Origin: an uncultured virus (IMG/VR IMGVR_UViG_3300018421_000009) | Taxonomy: Duplodnaviria; Heunggongvirae; Uroviricota; Caudoviricetes | Strand: one strand, 5' to 3' | Length of the DNA stretch: 20,000 nt | IMG/VR virus record: IMGVR_UViG_3300018421_000009 | Shown here: piece by piece, positions 1 to 9,008 of the stretch | Numbering within the stretch: position 1 is the first letter of the stretch | Layout: every line of letters begins with the position of its first letter | Position numbers and translations under genes: made by a program | The notes under the pieces: generated by a model | What the model was told of the DNA's origin: nothing | The model's input: the letters and a program-made list of their open reading frames with translations, nothing else | Database searches by the model: none

Positions 1-72
1 ACCCTTGCTAAAAGTGACGTAGAATACCTATATTTGCCAGAATATAACAAGTTAATTACAGTTAAAAATTAA
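1..72 (+). CDS. 3' end of an upstream gene, probably a NodU/CmcH-type carbamoyltransferase (partial)
   Basis: Frame 1 is open from base 1 to TAA at 70-72 and reads TLAKSDVEYLYLPEYNKLITVKN*. From recall, this resembles the C-terminal 'TL..S.IEYLYLPE' tail of phage carbamoyltransferases. Only 23 aa are visible. Confidence 0.45.
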   Translation, partial: TLAKSDVEYLYLPEYNKLITVKN

Positions 73-84
73 ATCCTCTTAGGC

Positions 85-92
85 GATAAATA
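85..92 (+). promoter_or_regulatory. T4-type late promoter GATAAATA
   Basis: One mismatch from the T4 gp55 consensus TATAAATA. It is intergenic, upstream of SD GAGGA (100-104) and ATG 110, and the same motif recurs before other structural genes. Confidence 0.8.
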
Positions 93-109
93 CTACAAAG
101 AGGACTGAA

Positions 110-529
110 ATGTTTGATATAAGAAAATTTTTTGGCAAAGGTTTAAAGAATACAGTATTATTAAAGAACGGCACTAATTTCAGTTACCACGGACCATGGA
201 AGAAAATTACTGAAGATACAGTATTAGATCGATGGTTAGTTGGTGATTTTTGTGCCGCTGAATATACTATTGTAGCAGATCTGTCCACCTTCCAAAAAGA
301 AATTATCAAGTGTCTAGTAGTTGCCGGGCCTAGTACTGCTGAATTAGTGGTATACGGTAGATCAAATCTTGGAAATCAAATTATAGATTTATCAGTAAAT
401 GTTAATGATAGTTATGTTAACGTTATCTGTAATGCAAAACCATTAGATGATTCTGCTCCAGGACGCGGCGCTAAAGTTGTTTTTAGTGCAAACTACTTCC
501 AAACACAAAACGTTTTAGTGCCGGCATAA
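110..529 (+). CDS. Putative virion structural protein (stand-alone beta-rich domain)
   Basis: 139-aa ORF with SD and late promoter. The pattern 'LDRW....F.AAEYTI...KEIIKCLVV......LVVYGR....IDLSVNV' resembles a domain repeated in fibre and baseplate proteins of aquatic T4-like phages (recall). Confidence 0.55.
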   Translation: MFDIRKFFGKGLKNTVLLKNGTNFSYHGPWKKITEDTVLDRWLVGDFCAAEYTIVADLSTFQKEIIKCLVVAGPSTAELVVYGRSNLGNQIIDLSVNVNDSYVNVICNAKPLDDSAPGRGAKVVFSANYFQTQNVLVPA

Positions 530-535
530 AATTGT

Positions 536-543
536 GATAAATA
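536..543 (+). promoter_or_regulatory. T4-type late promoter GATAAATA
   Basis: Intergenic, upstream of SD GGAG (553-556) and ATG 565. Confidence 0.8.
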
Positions 544-564
544 TGCATAACTGGAGCAACATTA

Positions 565-1614
565 ATGGCTGTAACTTATAATCCTTTTGAGTCAGAATAC
601 GGGTTTAAAAGTCCGGGATTCATTGTCGACGACGAAGGCAACGTAACTGTAAAAAGTTTAACTTACCTTGTTACAGAAGAAGAAGTAGTTGCAGATCGAC
701 TTTACTTTAATCAAGAAGGTACAGGCAGTTCGTCTTATTTTACACAAGACGGTGTACTAACACCTGGCTCAGATGTATTAGCACCAAATCCAACACTGTC
801 GTTTACTAGAGGTGATACGTACAGTTTTAATCTAAACAATTTTGGATACTTAACTTGGAATATTTGGCAAGAAGATCCAAACGGAAATTCGCAAACTACA
901 ATTACTGTAGGCTCAGAAACTATTCCAGTAATTTTATATAACGAAGGTATTACTTATAAAATATCAGATGACGATACACAAGTACTAGGTGGATTGTCTG
1001 CACAAGGTAAAAATACAGGAGTATTTTTCTTTGAAGTTCCACCATTAGCACCAGATAGATTGTATTATGGTAATGGTACTGGTGCTCCATACGGTATTAT
1101 TAATACAGCAGATCCAACTATTACTGGTGTAGGTAGTTTTAGTTCCTTAAATGTTATCGGCGATGCAACCTTTAGAGGCCAAGATGCAGAAATTACTATT
1201 GCCCCACAAGGAGCATATGGAACTGTAACTATTAATCCGCAAGGTGCTGGAACAATTAATAATATGTATGCTAGTGTTTTAACATTAACAGCAACAGAAA
1301 CAGTTAATTTAAGTCCGGTAAATCAAAATGTTACTATTAGTCCTAGCGGTTCGGGGAAACTAGTATTATCATCAGGTGTAGAAGGGACTATGGAAAATAT
1401 TGCTATTGGCCAAACGTCACCACAGGATGCCTCGTTCAAGGCTCTAAATGCCGAGAATGGGTTAAATAATACAGTTATTGGGAACGTTGTTCCTCAAGCG
1501 GCAACATTTACACAAGTAACAGGAAAGAATGCACCAGTGAGCGGAAAACACTTAACAAACAAACAGTATGTAGACAATACAGTAGCCGCATTGGCTATTG
1601 CATTAGGAGTATAA
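565..1614 (+). CDS. Tail fibre / baseplate-associated structural protein
   Basis: 349 aa, G/T/S/N-rich. It contains an 'NPTLSFTRGDTYSFNL...FEVPPLAPDRLYY' module, a 'LTNKQYVD' fibre motif and a C-terminal 'AALAIALG' typical of phage fibre proteins. Confidence 0.6.
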   Translation: MAVTYNPFESEYGFKSPGFIVDDEGNVTVKSLTYLVTEEEVVADRLYFNQEGTGSSSYFTQDGVLTPGSDVLAPNPTLSFTRGDTYSFNLNNFGYLTWNIWQEDPNGNSQTTITVGSETIPVILYNEGITYKISDDDTQVLGGLSAQGKNTGVFFFEVPPLAPDRLYYGNGTGAPYGIINTADPTITGVGSFSSLNVIGDATFRGQDAEITIAPQGAYGTVTINPQGAGTINNMYASVLTLTATETVNLSPVNQNVTISPSGSGKLVLSSGVEGTMENIAIGQTSPQDASFKALNAENGLNNTVIGNVVPQAATFTQVTGKNAPVSGKHLTNKQYVDNTVAALAIALGV

Positions 1615-1620
1615 AGGCAG

Positions 1621-4600
1621 ATGGCAAAACGTAAAATTAACGATTATATATTTCACCAAGGTATTCCTTACAGCGAAAACTTGATGCCTAATGCCTATTG
1701 GCTAATTCAAAACAATGTTGAGTTTATTGTTGACGAAGTTCGCGAATGGATTAACTACAAGATTTTAAACGCAAATTCTTATACCCCAACTGATGTAGTT
1801 TATACACCAGGAACCGGTGTAATGGTAATAACAATCGGCACACACAATATTATTCCGGGTGATGCTATTAGAATTGCTACAAACGGATTAACATTTACTT
1901 GTGCTAGAGATAATAATGCATCAACCCATTCTTATCCAAGAGCCACTGGCGTGCCTAATTCTACTGGACACGATCCTTCATACGACACACCTGTAGAAGT
2001 TCTTGCTACAACAAGCACAACTATTACAGTTAATGTAGGTATTTCATCAGACAGTACTGTTCACACGTTTGTAGGAGCATTACCAAATGCTATCACAGAC
2101 AACTTTGACGGCTATGTAAACGATAGCGACGACAAGTGTGAACGTGATATGCGTTATAACCTAATTGGCGGCGACGAATATAATACAGTTACAGATCAGC
2201 CAGGCGGTTTATTACACGATATAAGATATGGCGGTAACGAACAAGCACGTTATCTTGCTTCTAAATATTGGGATAGAGCAATTCCACAAATTGACGGAGA
2301 CCGCTGGCCTGAAAAAGCGGCAAAAGCCTTTGCTAGACTTTTAATTAACGATTACATTTTAACTAACACAGCATTTCCATCAAGACAAAGTGTAACTACA
2401 CAAACAATTAACAGTGAATACATTGCTGAATCAGGTGCAGGCGATCAAGTAACAAAAGTTCTTGTAGATACAATTGGTAAAGTAATTGTAGAAGGTACTT
2501 CCTTTATGCCCGACCTAGAACACGCTAAAATTAGTAGATGTTTATTTCCAACAAAGGTCACGCAGGATAACTTATTATTAATTACAAATACTACAAACAA
2601 TAATGTATTGTTTAACTTTAGTGATCCTTCAAAAGGTGCAAGTACAAAATATGTTTATGACAGTGTTGAATTTACACCAACATATGAATATTTTAGTAAG
2701 TTCTTAGAAACTACAGATACTATTACACAGGTTTTATTTGATGTTGATACTAGAAACAACGAGTATCTACCAAATTCTAGATCATTAATTGCTAATAACA
2801 AAGAATTTTTAAAAGACGAAGTACGTGCTTGGATTGCAGATAATGTAGCAAATGCTAGTGCGTTTACACCAACTAATGTAGTTTACACACCTTTGACAGG
2901 TGTAATGGTAATTACACTAGGCGCAGGCCACGGTTTAGACACTGGAGATTATATTAGAATTGCTCCTAACAGTTTAACATTTACTTGTGCAATGGATAAT
3001 CATGCTACAGAACATAACTATCCAAGAGCAAGTGGTTCAAATGCTCCAGGCGGACGCGATTATGCCTACGATTCTGCGTTACCTATTTTAGCCGCAGACG
3101 CAACAACTGTTACAGTTAACGTAGGTGTTTCTACTAATAAGTCAGAACATATTTTTGTAGAAGCAGACACGAATTCGGTTTATGATATTTGGTACAACTA
3201 CACATACAATTCTGCTAAGTGTGAACGTGATACAGGTTTTAACTTAGATGCTATTGCACTTGATTTACAATATGGCGGTAACACAAATGTTAGAGATACA
3301 GCATCTAAATATTGGGTAGGACCTACTCCACAAATTGACGGAAGTAGAGTACAAGAAATTAAAGCCAAAGAGTTTTTAAGAGATTTAATTAATAATTTCA
3401 TTTTACCTAAATCAGTTTGGCCAACAAAGCAAACAGGAACTCCAGAAACAACACAATACTTTGGTAACGGTGTAGCAGAATTAGGAACTGGAGCAAGAAT
3501 TACAGAATTAATTGGAATCATTACTACTGTAATTGAAAACGGATTAGGATTTTTACCGACCGAAGAACAGTCTACGATTTGGAGTGAAAACGATACTTTA
3601 TCAATATTTGTTGACCAAGGTGATTTGAAAACAAGACCATATGACTTTGGTACTGACGCTATTGAAAGACACAGAGTTGCAAACGCTCTATCAATGCTTG
3701 ATGCTGACTTTGAGTATGGATTACAACCTACTAAGTGGCAGGCGATTGGTACAATGCGTGGTTATCCTTCAACATACGAAGTACCAGGAACAGACACAGC
3801 AGTACAAGACGTAGTAACAGACGCATCAGATGGCTCAAGCGGAGTTGGTCAATCATTAATTACAGTTACAACAGTTGGCCCACACGGTGTCGAACCAGGC
3901 CAACCTATTACTATTAGAGGTTTAGACGGTGCTGTACAAGGTAACGGTCGTGCTGAAGGTACATTTATTGTAAACACAGCACCAACTAATAATACATTCA
4001 CTTACTATGCAAAAGCAAAAGTTGGTACAGTTGCTGGAACATCGTTAGTAACATTCTATACAATTTTAAGACAAGCGGCATTTTATACAGGTGCTGATAT
4101 TCAAGGTGATACTCCATCTTATGAAGTAACAACTCAAGGTTCAGCAGGCTCGTTTTCACTAGCACTTGGTTCTGCTTCAGGACAAGATAGACTAGCAATT
4201 CAAGGAAACCCACCAGAACTCGGTGCTCCACTTGTATCAACTAGTGGCGGTATTCCTTTAGGTTCTCAGGTAACTGGTTCTGTGGGTGCAGGTGGAATTA
4301 TTACAACACCAACTACAACGTCAGATACTCCACAGGGGTCGTTTACAATTGATGTAGAAAATGCTTCCGCAGTTGAGATTGGTTCTGCTGTCGATAGAGG
4401 TGATGCTACTGCGGCTTTCGTTACACAAGTTGTAGGAAATACATTAACAATTGACACTGCGACAACTAGAGAATTGATTGGTAATAATGTTACGTACACA
4501 GGACTAACAGGAGCAAATGATAGTTCAATTGGTAACGGTGCTACATTTGATGTAACAAGAACAACTGGCGTATACAATGTTACTATTGCCGACACTGGTC

Positions 4601-7600
4601 AAGATTATCAAATAGGTGACAACATTGTAATTAGCGGTGGTCAAGTTGGCGGAGCAGACGGAATAAATGATATACGTATTATTATTGAAACTGTTGATAC
4701 TGGAGGCGAAGTTTTAACATTCACTTTCTCAGGTGACGGCTTTGATGGCAACGGAACATTCTTTACACAGAGCGGAGAATTACAAGGCGGTACAGGTACT
4801 GGTGGTAATTTTGATGTTACATATACAAACAATGTATACACAGCAACAATTTCATCTCCAGATACATCCTCTGGTTACACAATCGGTGACGTATTAAGAA
4901 TTGACGGTTTCGAACTAGGTGGTACTTCTGTAACTAACGATCTTACAATGACAGTTGACGCCATTGGTGTTGGTGGATCTATTACTAGTGTTGTAAGTTC
5001 AGGTACAGCAGTTGACGCAGATGTTTCTTATCCTTCGCCGACACGTACATCAAATACAGTTGCAGGTGTTGATGCAGACTTTAACATTCAACGAATTGGA
5101 ACTTCGTATTTTGTTACTATAACAAATGGCGGTTCAGGTTATTTGGCCGCTGAGACATTTACAGTACTTGGCTCAGAATTAGGTGGTACCGATGGTATTA
5201 ACAATGCTACTGTTACTATTACATCAGTTGGTGTAAGTGGTGATATTACTGGCGCTTCAGTTGCTGGTACTGCGGCTAACACCAAAGCATATCCGGTAAT
5301 CACTACAGCACAACGAGTTGTTGGTAATGGAGCAGAATTTACAGTTGATTTGGCAAACGGGACATATACATTAACATTAGAGTCAGCAGGACAAAACTAT
5401 GGCGTTGACCAAGAACTTATTATTAGAGGTACAAATCTTGGAGGTGCAAGTCCTACTAATGACGTAACTATTACAGTTACAGCAGTACAAGCCGACGGCG
5501 GAATTACTACATATACATTTGCTGGCACAGGTGCAACAGGTAGTGGAAGTTATAATGCAGTCATTGGACAAAATGACTCTAACGCAGGATCTAATGCAGT
5601 ATTTGACATAACACGAAGTGGTGGAAACTATACATTAGTGATAGCAACTGATGAAGGTAGTGGATATAAAGTAGGTGATAGAATTATTATCCCTGGAGAC
5701 GAACTTGGAGGCGCAACACCTACAAACGATTTAACATTGCGTTGTACACTTGAGTCAACTGAAGGAAATTTTGTTGGTATTAGTGCTAGTGGTACAGCAG
5801 TTTCAGGCGACACTTTAGACCTTTATAGTTCTGTAACAATGTCAGAAGAAACTACTTCAACTATTGCACAGTCAACTGTTATTACGTACAGTGCATTAGC
5901 AAGTATTAGAATTACATTTAATACACCACACGGACTTGTTCCTGGTGATTCGTTTGCTGTTACAGTAGGATCAGACGACGGATCAAATAACCATGCACTT
6001 GCGGCTGGACCTTTTAGTGCAACAGCAGTTCCGAGTTTAACAACTTTAGAATATCAATGTAGATCGCCAGGCTTTATTGATACTGGTACAAACAACGATA
6101 CTCCTATCATTGGTAACGTTTATCCAAGACCAGATTCGTTCTTTATTCACAGACCATATGACGGTGGTGTACAGTTAGGAACGGGAGGACCGCAACACGG
6201 TGCTCAGGCAATTCGTCAGAGTAAAAAATACATTCGTTACCAATCAGGTAAGGGTATTATGTATACCACTGGTGCTCTATTTGCACCAAGTTACAATATT
6301 CTTAATATTACCTCTGACGGTACAGTTCCCGGTTCTACTATTACTGTTACTACAGATGAAACAGAACACGGTTTACAAGTTGGCGGTATAATTAAAATTA
6401 TTGGTGTTGACACATTAGGATACAATGGAACATATACTGTTACAGATGTTAATGACGAAAACGAATTTGAAGTACTTGCACACACTACACTAGGATCAAC
6501 TAATCCAGAACTAAGTTCAGAGTGTCAAGTATCATTAAGCAAGTTCCATGGTGCAACTGTGCGTTCAGGCGCATTTGATGATCAAAATGGTATCTTCTTT
6601 GAATATGATGGTACACAATTTAGTGCTGTACAAAGAACTGCTACATTGCAGTTAGCAGGTGTTGTGGATATCGAAGTAGATGCAAACACTGTTACAGGTA
6701 GTGGAACAAGATTTAGAGAACAATTAAAAGCAGGCGACAGAATTGTGCTTAAAGGTATGACACACGTTGTAACAAATGTTGTTAATAATACTACTATGTA
6801 TGTTGCACCTGACTTCCGTGGTGTTACAGATGTTAGAGCAAGTAAGATTTGTTTGGTTAGAGACAAGAAAACAGAACAAAAGAACTTTAACAAAGACCGA
6901 GGTGACGGTACTGGACCAAGCGGATACAACATTGACATCAGTAAGATGCAGATGGTTGGTATTCAGTATTCATGGTATGGTGCTGGTTTTATTGACTATA
7001 TGCTACGTGGTTCAAATGGTGAGTTTGTATTCATGCACAGAATGAGAAACTCAAACGTAAACACAGAAGCATTTATGCGTACAGGTAATATGCCGGTGCG
7101 TTATGAAATTACCAATGAAGGACCAAGTGGCAAACTATCACAAGATATGGATGATTCACAGCAATTTATTCCATTGCAAGAGGCTAGTTTCTTCCCACCA
7201 GATGGTGGCGTTGTTTACATTGATGGTGAAATGATTAGATTTACTGGTATAAGTGGTAAAAACTTAACTGGTTGTACTAGAGCCGCAACAATGACTAACT
7301 TTGCATCAGGTGCTACAAGAACATATTCCGGTGGTGGAGCAGAAGCACATACAAGAAACACAGGAGTTGTGTTAATTAGTAACACTGCTTCTCCAAATAT
7401 TTCACACTGGGGTTCTGCATTTATTACAGATGGTGGTTTTGACAGTGATAGAGGATACTTATTCTCATACAAATCAACCGGAGTTCAAGTTACTACAACA
7501 AGAACAACATCATTCTTGCTTAGACTAGCGCCATCAGTGTCCAACGCACTAGTTGGAGACTTAGGTGAACGTGAACTTCTAAACAGAGCACAGTTACTAC

Positions 7601-8607
7601 TTGAAGGTCTTGAGATTACAACAGACCAACCTACAACAGGGGACACGGGCGGTATTGTTATTGAAGGTATTTTGAATCCACAGAACTATCCACTTAACCC
7701 ATCAGACGTTGGTTGGCAGGGGCTATCAGGACTTGCACAAGGTGGACAGCCAAGTTTTGCACAGGTAGCACCAGGTGGTTCTACTAACTGGAACTCAGGT
7801 GACATTCCGACTACTGCTGACGTTACTACCCAAGCACCAATTACTGCAAGTATCACAGGTGTTGATAGAGGATATAGAAGCAATAACGATTACTGGGATA
7901 ATGCTGTAAGAACAGGAAGAAACTTCTTCTGGATTCAAGAGTCATTTTATTCTGCTAACACAGATTTATTCCAAACTGGTATTGAAATTGATTCTCCAAC
8001 ATACTTCCCTGCAGGAACTACTATTACACAGATTGGTTCATGGACAACTTCTTCTGCTTCTTCTGGAACAATTAGACCAATCTATCTAAGTTCAAATGGG
8101 TTACAAAACGTTACTAGTGGAAATGTTAACTTAACATTTAAGAGAACATTTAAAGATGCACCTACTAACAACATCTTCTTTAATAAGACTAGTTTTGAAA
8201 ATGCTGGTGTAGCACAAGGTACAAACGTAAGTGACACTAGATTCCCAGCAGGAACACAGGTAACGTCATTAACTTTAGAAAGTTATAACAGTACTGAATA
8301 TTACAGTGTTGTGTTTAACCAAACTTCAGACAACAGTGCTATTACTGCAGGTACTACAACTATTGAATTTGAATTTGTGCAACCACCGTTTGCTCAACCA
8401 GGTGAAACAATCTTCTCATTCATTGCACAACCTGGAGAGCGTTCAACACTAGACTTGTCGTTCATTAAAGAATTGACCAACACTACACTAGGTGGTAGAG
8501 GTACATTCCCGAACGGGCCAGACGTACTAGCAATTAACGTGTATAAGACGTCAGGCGCGGGTATTACCAGTAATATTGTACTACGTTGGTCGGAAGCACA
8601 GGCTTAA
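1621..8607 (+). CDS. Giant modular virion structural protein (fibre/baseplate/adhesin-like), 2328 aa
   Basis: Uninterrupted ORF 6 nt after the previous stop. It is T/G/S-rich, with two ~270-aa N-terminal repeats, five ~88-aa Gly-rich repeats, three 'ITVT....HG...G' modules and a conserved-looking 'RQSKKYIRYQSGKG...YSWYGAG...PVRYEI' domain. Confidence 0.7.
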   Translation: MAKRKINDYIFHQGIPYSENLMPNAYWLIQNNVEFIVDEVREWINYKILNANSYTPTDVVYTPGTGVMVITIGTHNIIPGDAIRIATNGLTFTCARDNNASTHSYPRATGVPNSTGHDPSYDTPVEVLATTSTTITVNVGISSDSTVHTFVGALPNAITDNFDGYVNDSDDKCERDMRYNLIGGDEYNTVTDQPGGLLHDIRYGGNEQARYLASKYWDRAIPQIDGDRWPEKAAKAFARLLINDYILTNTAFPSRQSVTTQTINSEYIAESGAGDQVTKVLVDTIGKVIVEGTSFMPDLEHAKISRCLFPTKVTQDNLLLITNTTNNNVLFNFSDPSKGASTKYVYDSVEFTPTYEYFSKFLETTDTITQVLFDVDTRNNEYLPNSRSLIANNKEFLKDEVRAWIADNVANASAFTPTNVVYTPLTGVMVITLGAGHGLDTGDYIRIAPNSLTFTCAMDNHATEHNYPRASGSNAPGGRDYAYDSALPILAADATTVTVNVGVSTNKSEHIFVEADTNSVYDIWYNYTYNSAKCERDTGFNLDAIALDLQYGGNTNVRDTASKYWVGPTPQIDGSRVQEIKAKEFLRDLINNFILPKSVWPTKQTGTPETTQYFGNGVAELGTGARITELIGIITTVIENGLGFLPTEEQSTIWSENDTLSIFVDQGDLKTRPYDFGTDAIERHRVANALSMLDADFEYGLQPTKWQAIGTMRGYPSTYEVPGTDTAVQDVVTDASDGSSGVGQSLITVTTVGPHGVEPGQPITIRGLDGAVQGNGRAEGTFIVNTAPTNNTFTYYAKAKVGTVAGTSLVTFYTILRQAAFYTGADIQGDTPSYEVTTQGSAGSFSLALGSASGQDRLAIQGNPPELGAPLVSTSGGIPLGSQVTGSVGAGGIITTPTTTSDTPQGSFTIDVENASAVEIGSAVDRGDATAAFVTQVVGNTLTIDTATTRELIGNNVTYTGLTGANDSSIGNGATFDVTRTTGVYNVTIADTGQDYQIGDNIVISGGQVGGADGINDIRIIIETVDTGGEVLTFTFSGDGFDGNGTFFTQSGELQGGTGTGGNFDVTYTNNVYTATISSPDTSSGYTIGDVLRIDGFELGGTSVTNDLTMTVDAIGVGGSITSVVSSGTAVDADVSYPSPTRTSNTVAGVDADFNIQRIGTSYFVTITNGGSGYLAAETFTVLGSELGGTDGINNATVTITSVGVSGDITGASVAGTAANTKAYPVITTAQRVVGNGAEFTVDLANGTYTLTLESAGQNYGVDQELIIRGTNLGGASPTNDVTITVTAVQADGGITTYTFAGTGATGSGSYNAVIGQNDSNAGSNAVFDITRSGGNYTLVIATDEGSGYKVGDRIIIPGDELGGATPTNDLTLRCTLESTEGNFVGISASGTAVSGDTLDLYSSVTMSEETTSTIAQSTVITYSALASIRITFNTPHGLVPGDSFAVTVGSDDGSNNHALAAGPFSATAVPSLTTLEYQCRSPGFIDTGTNNDTPIIGNVYPRPDSFFIHRPYDGGVQLGTGGPQHGAQAIRQSKKYIRYQSGKGIMYTTGALFAPSYNILNITSDGTVPGSTITVTTDETEHGLQVGGIIKIIGVDTLGYNGTYTVTDVNDENEFEVLAHTTLGSTNPELSSECQVSLSKFHGATVRSGAFDDQNGIFFEYDGTQFSAVQRTATLQLAGVVDIEVDANTVTGSGTRFREQLKAGDRIVLKGMTHVVTNVVNNTTMYVAPDFRGVTDVRASKICLVRDKKTEQKNFNKDRGDGTGPSGYNIDISKMQMVGIQYSWYGAGFIDYMLRGSNGEFVFMHRMRNSNVNTEAFMRTGNMPVRYEITNEGPSGKLSQDMDDSQQFIPLQEASFFPPDGGVVYIDGEMIRFTGISGKNLTGCTRAATMTNFASGATRTYSGGGAEAHTRNTGVVLISNTASPNISHWGSAFITDGGFDSDRGYLFSYKSTGVQVTTTRTTSFLLRLAPSVSNALVGDLGERELLNRAQLLLEGLEITTDQPTTGDTGGIVIEGILNPQNYPLNPSDVGWQGLSGLAQGGQPSFAQVAPGGSTNWNSGDIPTTADVTTQAPITASITGVDRGYRSNNDYWDNAVRTGRNFFWIQESFYSANTDLFQTGIEIDSPTYFPAGTTITQIGSWTTSSASSGTIRPIYLSSNGLQNVTSGNVNLTFKRTFKDAPTNNIFFNKTSFENAGVAQGTNVSDTRFPAGTQVTSLTLESYNSTEYYSVVFNQTSDNSAITAGTTTIEFEFVQPPFAQPGETIFSFIAQPGERSTLDLSFIKELTNTTLGGRGTFPNGPDVLAINVYKTSGAGITSNIVLRWSEAQA
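1684..3567 (+). repeat. Two diverged ~270-280-aa protein repeats (about 1684-2520 and 2767-3567)
   Basis: Matching segments: PNAYWLIQNNVEFIVDEVREWI / PNSRSLIANNKEFLKDEVRAWI; LTFTCARDNNASTHSYPRA / LTFTCAMDNHATEHNYPRA; KCERD in both; YGGN...ASKYW...PQIDG in both. Confidence 0.9.
4531..5793 (+). repeat. Five tandem ~88-aa (~264 nt) Gly-rich protein repeats
   Basis: Units start near 4531, 4795, 5065, 5323 and 5587. Approximate consensus: G.gA.FdV......Y..ti...G.gY..gd.i.i.G.elGG....Nd.t.tv..v...G.i......G. Confidence 0.9.
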
Positions 8608-9008
8608 TCTAAAGTCGGCGGGGGATTATTTTTCTTTATAACGTCTTTTTGACTGTCACCTGGTATAATGCGGTAGTTATCTTCAACACTATCAGGTGTA
8701 CTTACTTCACTAATAGAACTATTAGGCTCTAATGCTATAAGTTGGTGTGGTTGTAATGGAGGATTATGCCAAGTGTCGCCAGGAGCAAGTTCTTTTGTAT
8801 ATAAAACAGCATCTTTTGTATCAATCCATTTAACTTCAAAGCGTCCACTGTTAACAAACCACGTTTCGTCCTTCTCTTTATGAAAATGCATGGAAAATTT
8901 TGAGCCTGCTTTTTCAAATACCATAATTTTACCACAGTACTTGTCGTTGGTTGCCCAGATTAACTCGTAACCCCAGCCTTTTTCTACTTTACCTTCAAGT
9001 CGACTCAT
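8604..9008 (-). CDS. Cupin-fold protein, mannose-6-phosphate isomerase (type II)-like putative sugar isomerase
   Basis: 'KGWG.E' N-terminus, cupin motif 1 'FSMHFHKEKDETW' and motif 2 'PGDTWHNPPLQPHQL', followed by 'EVST...EDNYRI'. The metal ligands H, H, E and H are present. Confidence 0.8.
   Translation of the reverse strand: MSRLEGKVEKGWGYELIWATNDKYCGKIMVFEKAGSKFSMHFHKEKDETWFVNSGRFEVKWIDTKDAVLYTKELAPGDTWHNPPLQPHQLIALEPNSSISEVSTPDSVEDNYRIIPGDSQKDVIKKNNPPPTLD

Noticed and set aside
1461..1468. GTTAAATA inside ORF 565 as an internal late promoter for the giant gene
   Set aside because: It deviates from the ATAAATA core and lies in coding sequence. It is possible but unsupported.
4531..5793. 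Periodic repeats considered as a CRISPR array or a DGR template/variable repeat pair
   Set aside because: The similarity is at protein level with diverged DNA. There are no identical repeats with spacers, no adenine-specific mismatch pair that I could see, and no reverse transcriptase in the window.
3198..7883. Many 60-118 aa antisense or alternate-frame ORFs inside the 2328-aa gene
   Set aside because: They are shadow ORFs produced by the codon bias of the main gene, with no recognisable motifs or expression signals.
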